Shown here: one piece after another, positions 6,169-6,798 of the stretch
Layout of the letters: each line of letters opens with the position of its first letter
Numbering within the stretch: position 1 is the first letter of the stretch
Assembly: GCF_006345805.1 (NCBI RefSeq)
Contig: NW_021829234.1
Location: 1-6,798, forward strand
DNA: 6,798 nt
Origin: Octopus sinensis
Lineage: Eukaryota
Direction of reading: 5' to 3'
Made by a program: the position numbers and the translations under genes
Notes under the pieces: model-generated
The model's database searches: none
What the model saw: the letters and a program-made list of their open reading frames with translations, nothing else
Told to the model about the DNA's origin: nothing

Positions 6169-6752
6169 CTGAATAACACGCATGTTCAACCCCGTTTCTT
6201 GTGCCAGTTGTTCCCTTATATGCCGTGTTGGCTTAGGGGTGGCAGCGAAAGCCGCTTTTAGTGTTTCTAATTGTTTCGCTTTGATGGTCGTACGTGGTCC
6301 CCGTCGTTTAGCACCCATGTTGCTTTCGGAGTGATCTGCTGAAATGTTCGTAGAGTCTTTGCTGTTGTCCTTGACTGTGTTATTGTTTTTGTTCGTGATG
6401 TTATTAGTAATAATGTTCGTGGTCCCATTAGCATTGCTGTTGTTATTTTTGTTTATGGGTAATGTCCCCGAATTTGAAAGACTATCAACACTGTTTGAAA
6501 AGTTAATAATTGTATCGTCTTTCACATCGTCTGGGCTGCCAATGTTGGACGAAACGGAATTGGGCGCCATCGACGAATTGCTGTTAGTGTTGCAGGTATT
6601 GTTCATAATACTGTTATTACCTAGGCAAGGCGGACCGACATTTTCTTTACTATCCCGACTGTTGTCTCCATCCATGCTGAAATCTCTGTCTGATACGTTG
6701 CCTGTGTTGTCTAAACTGCTATCCAGATCGACGTCATCATCAATGTCTGAAC
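6169..6752 (-). CDS. Lhx1/5: Internal coding exon (584 bp) of a LIM-homeodomain transcription factor, Lhx1/5 (lin-11/Lim1) class: LIM2-HD linker plus homeodomain residues 1-46
   Basis: The translation ends ...[49 protein letters not shown], which matches the Lhx1/Lhx5 homeodomain as I recall it. Lhx3/4 instead read [19 protein letters not shown]. The frame stays open upstream of the ORF-track Met ([28 protein letters not shown]...) to an acceptor (T-run...ctcgctAG|GTTCAGAC, phase 1). The exon ends at CAG|GTGAGG, phase 0, between HD Q46 and V47. HD residues 1-46 span 6306-6169. Confidence 0.96.
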
Positions 6753-6790
6753 CTAGCGAGAGACAGACAGAAAAAAAAATAGGTATGTAA
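6753..6790 (-). other. 3' splice acceptor and polypyrimidine tract of the upstream Lhx1/5 intron
   Basis: The minus strand reads ...tacatacctat-T run-ctgtctgtctctcgctAG|GT; the AG is at 6754-6753. Confidence 0.85.
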
Positions 6791-6798
6791 ACAAAGCC

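Noticed and set aside
6344-6790. 148-aa hydrophobic plus-strand ORF
   Set aside because: It is the antisense shadow of the Asn-rich exon: AAC/AAT codons read as GTT/ATT/TTG/TTA on the other strand.

Overview
This is eukaryotic, AT-rich, microsatellite-dense DNA. The repeat content suggests a cephalopod such as Octopus, but that is inferred from remembered repeat motifs, not from a search. The only supportable coding feature is one internal exon of a LIM-homeobox Lhx1/5 (lin-11/Lim1) gene on the minus strand (6752-6169). It encodes a long Asn/Ser/Asp-rich linker and homeodomain residues 1-46, and ends at the classic Q46|V47 homeobox intron. Positions 1-6168 are that intron; the next exon (VWFQNRR...) is not in the window. 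The intron holds about a dozen full or partial copies of one tRNA-derived SINE-like family in both orientations, one roughly 360-bp DINE-1/HINE-like non-autonomous Helentron candidate, and several compound microsatellites. All other listed ORFs are artefacts of these repeats. I see no direct evidence of a new multi-gene system. The best leads are a possible intronic polyadenylation or read-through isoform lacking the homeodomain recognition residues, the HINE-like element, and inverted SINE pairs that could form dsRNA in the pre-mRNA.
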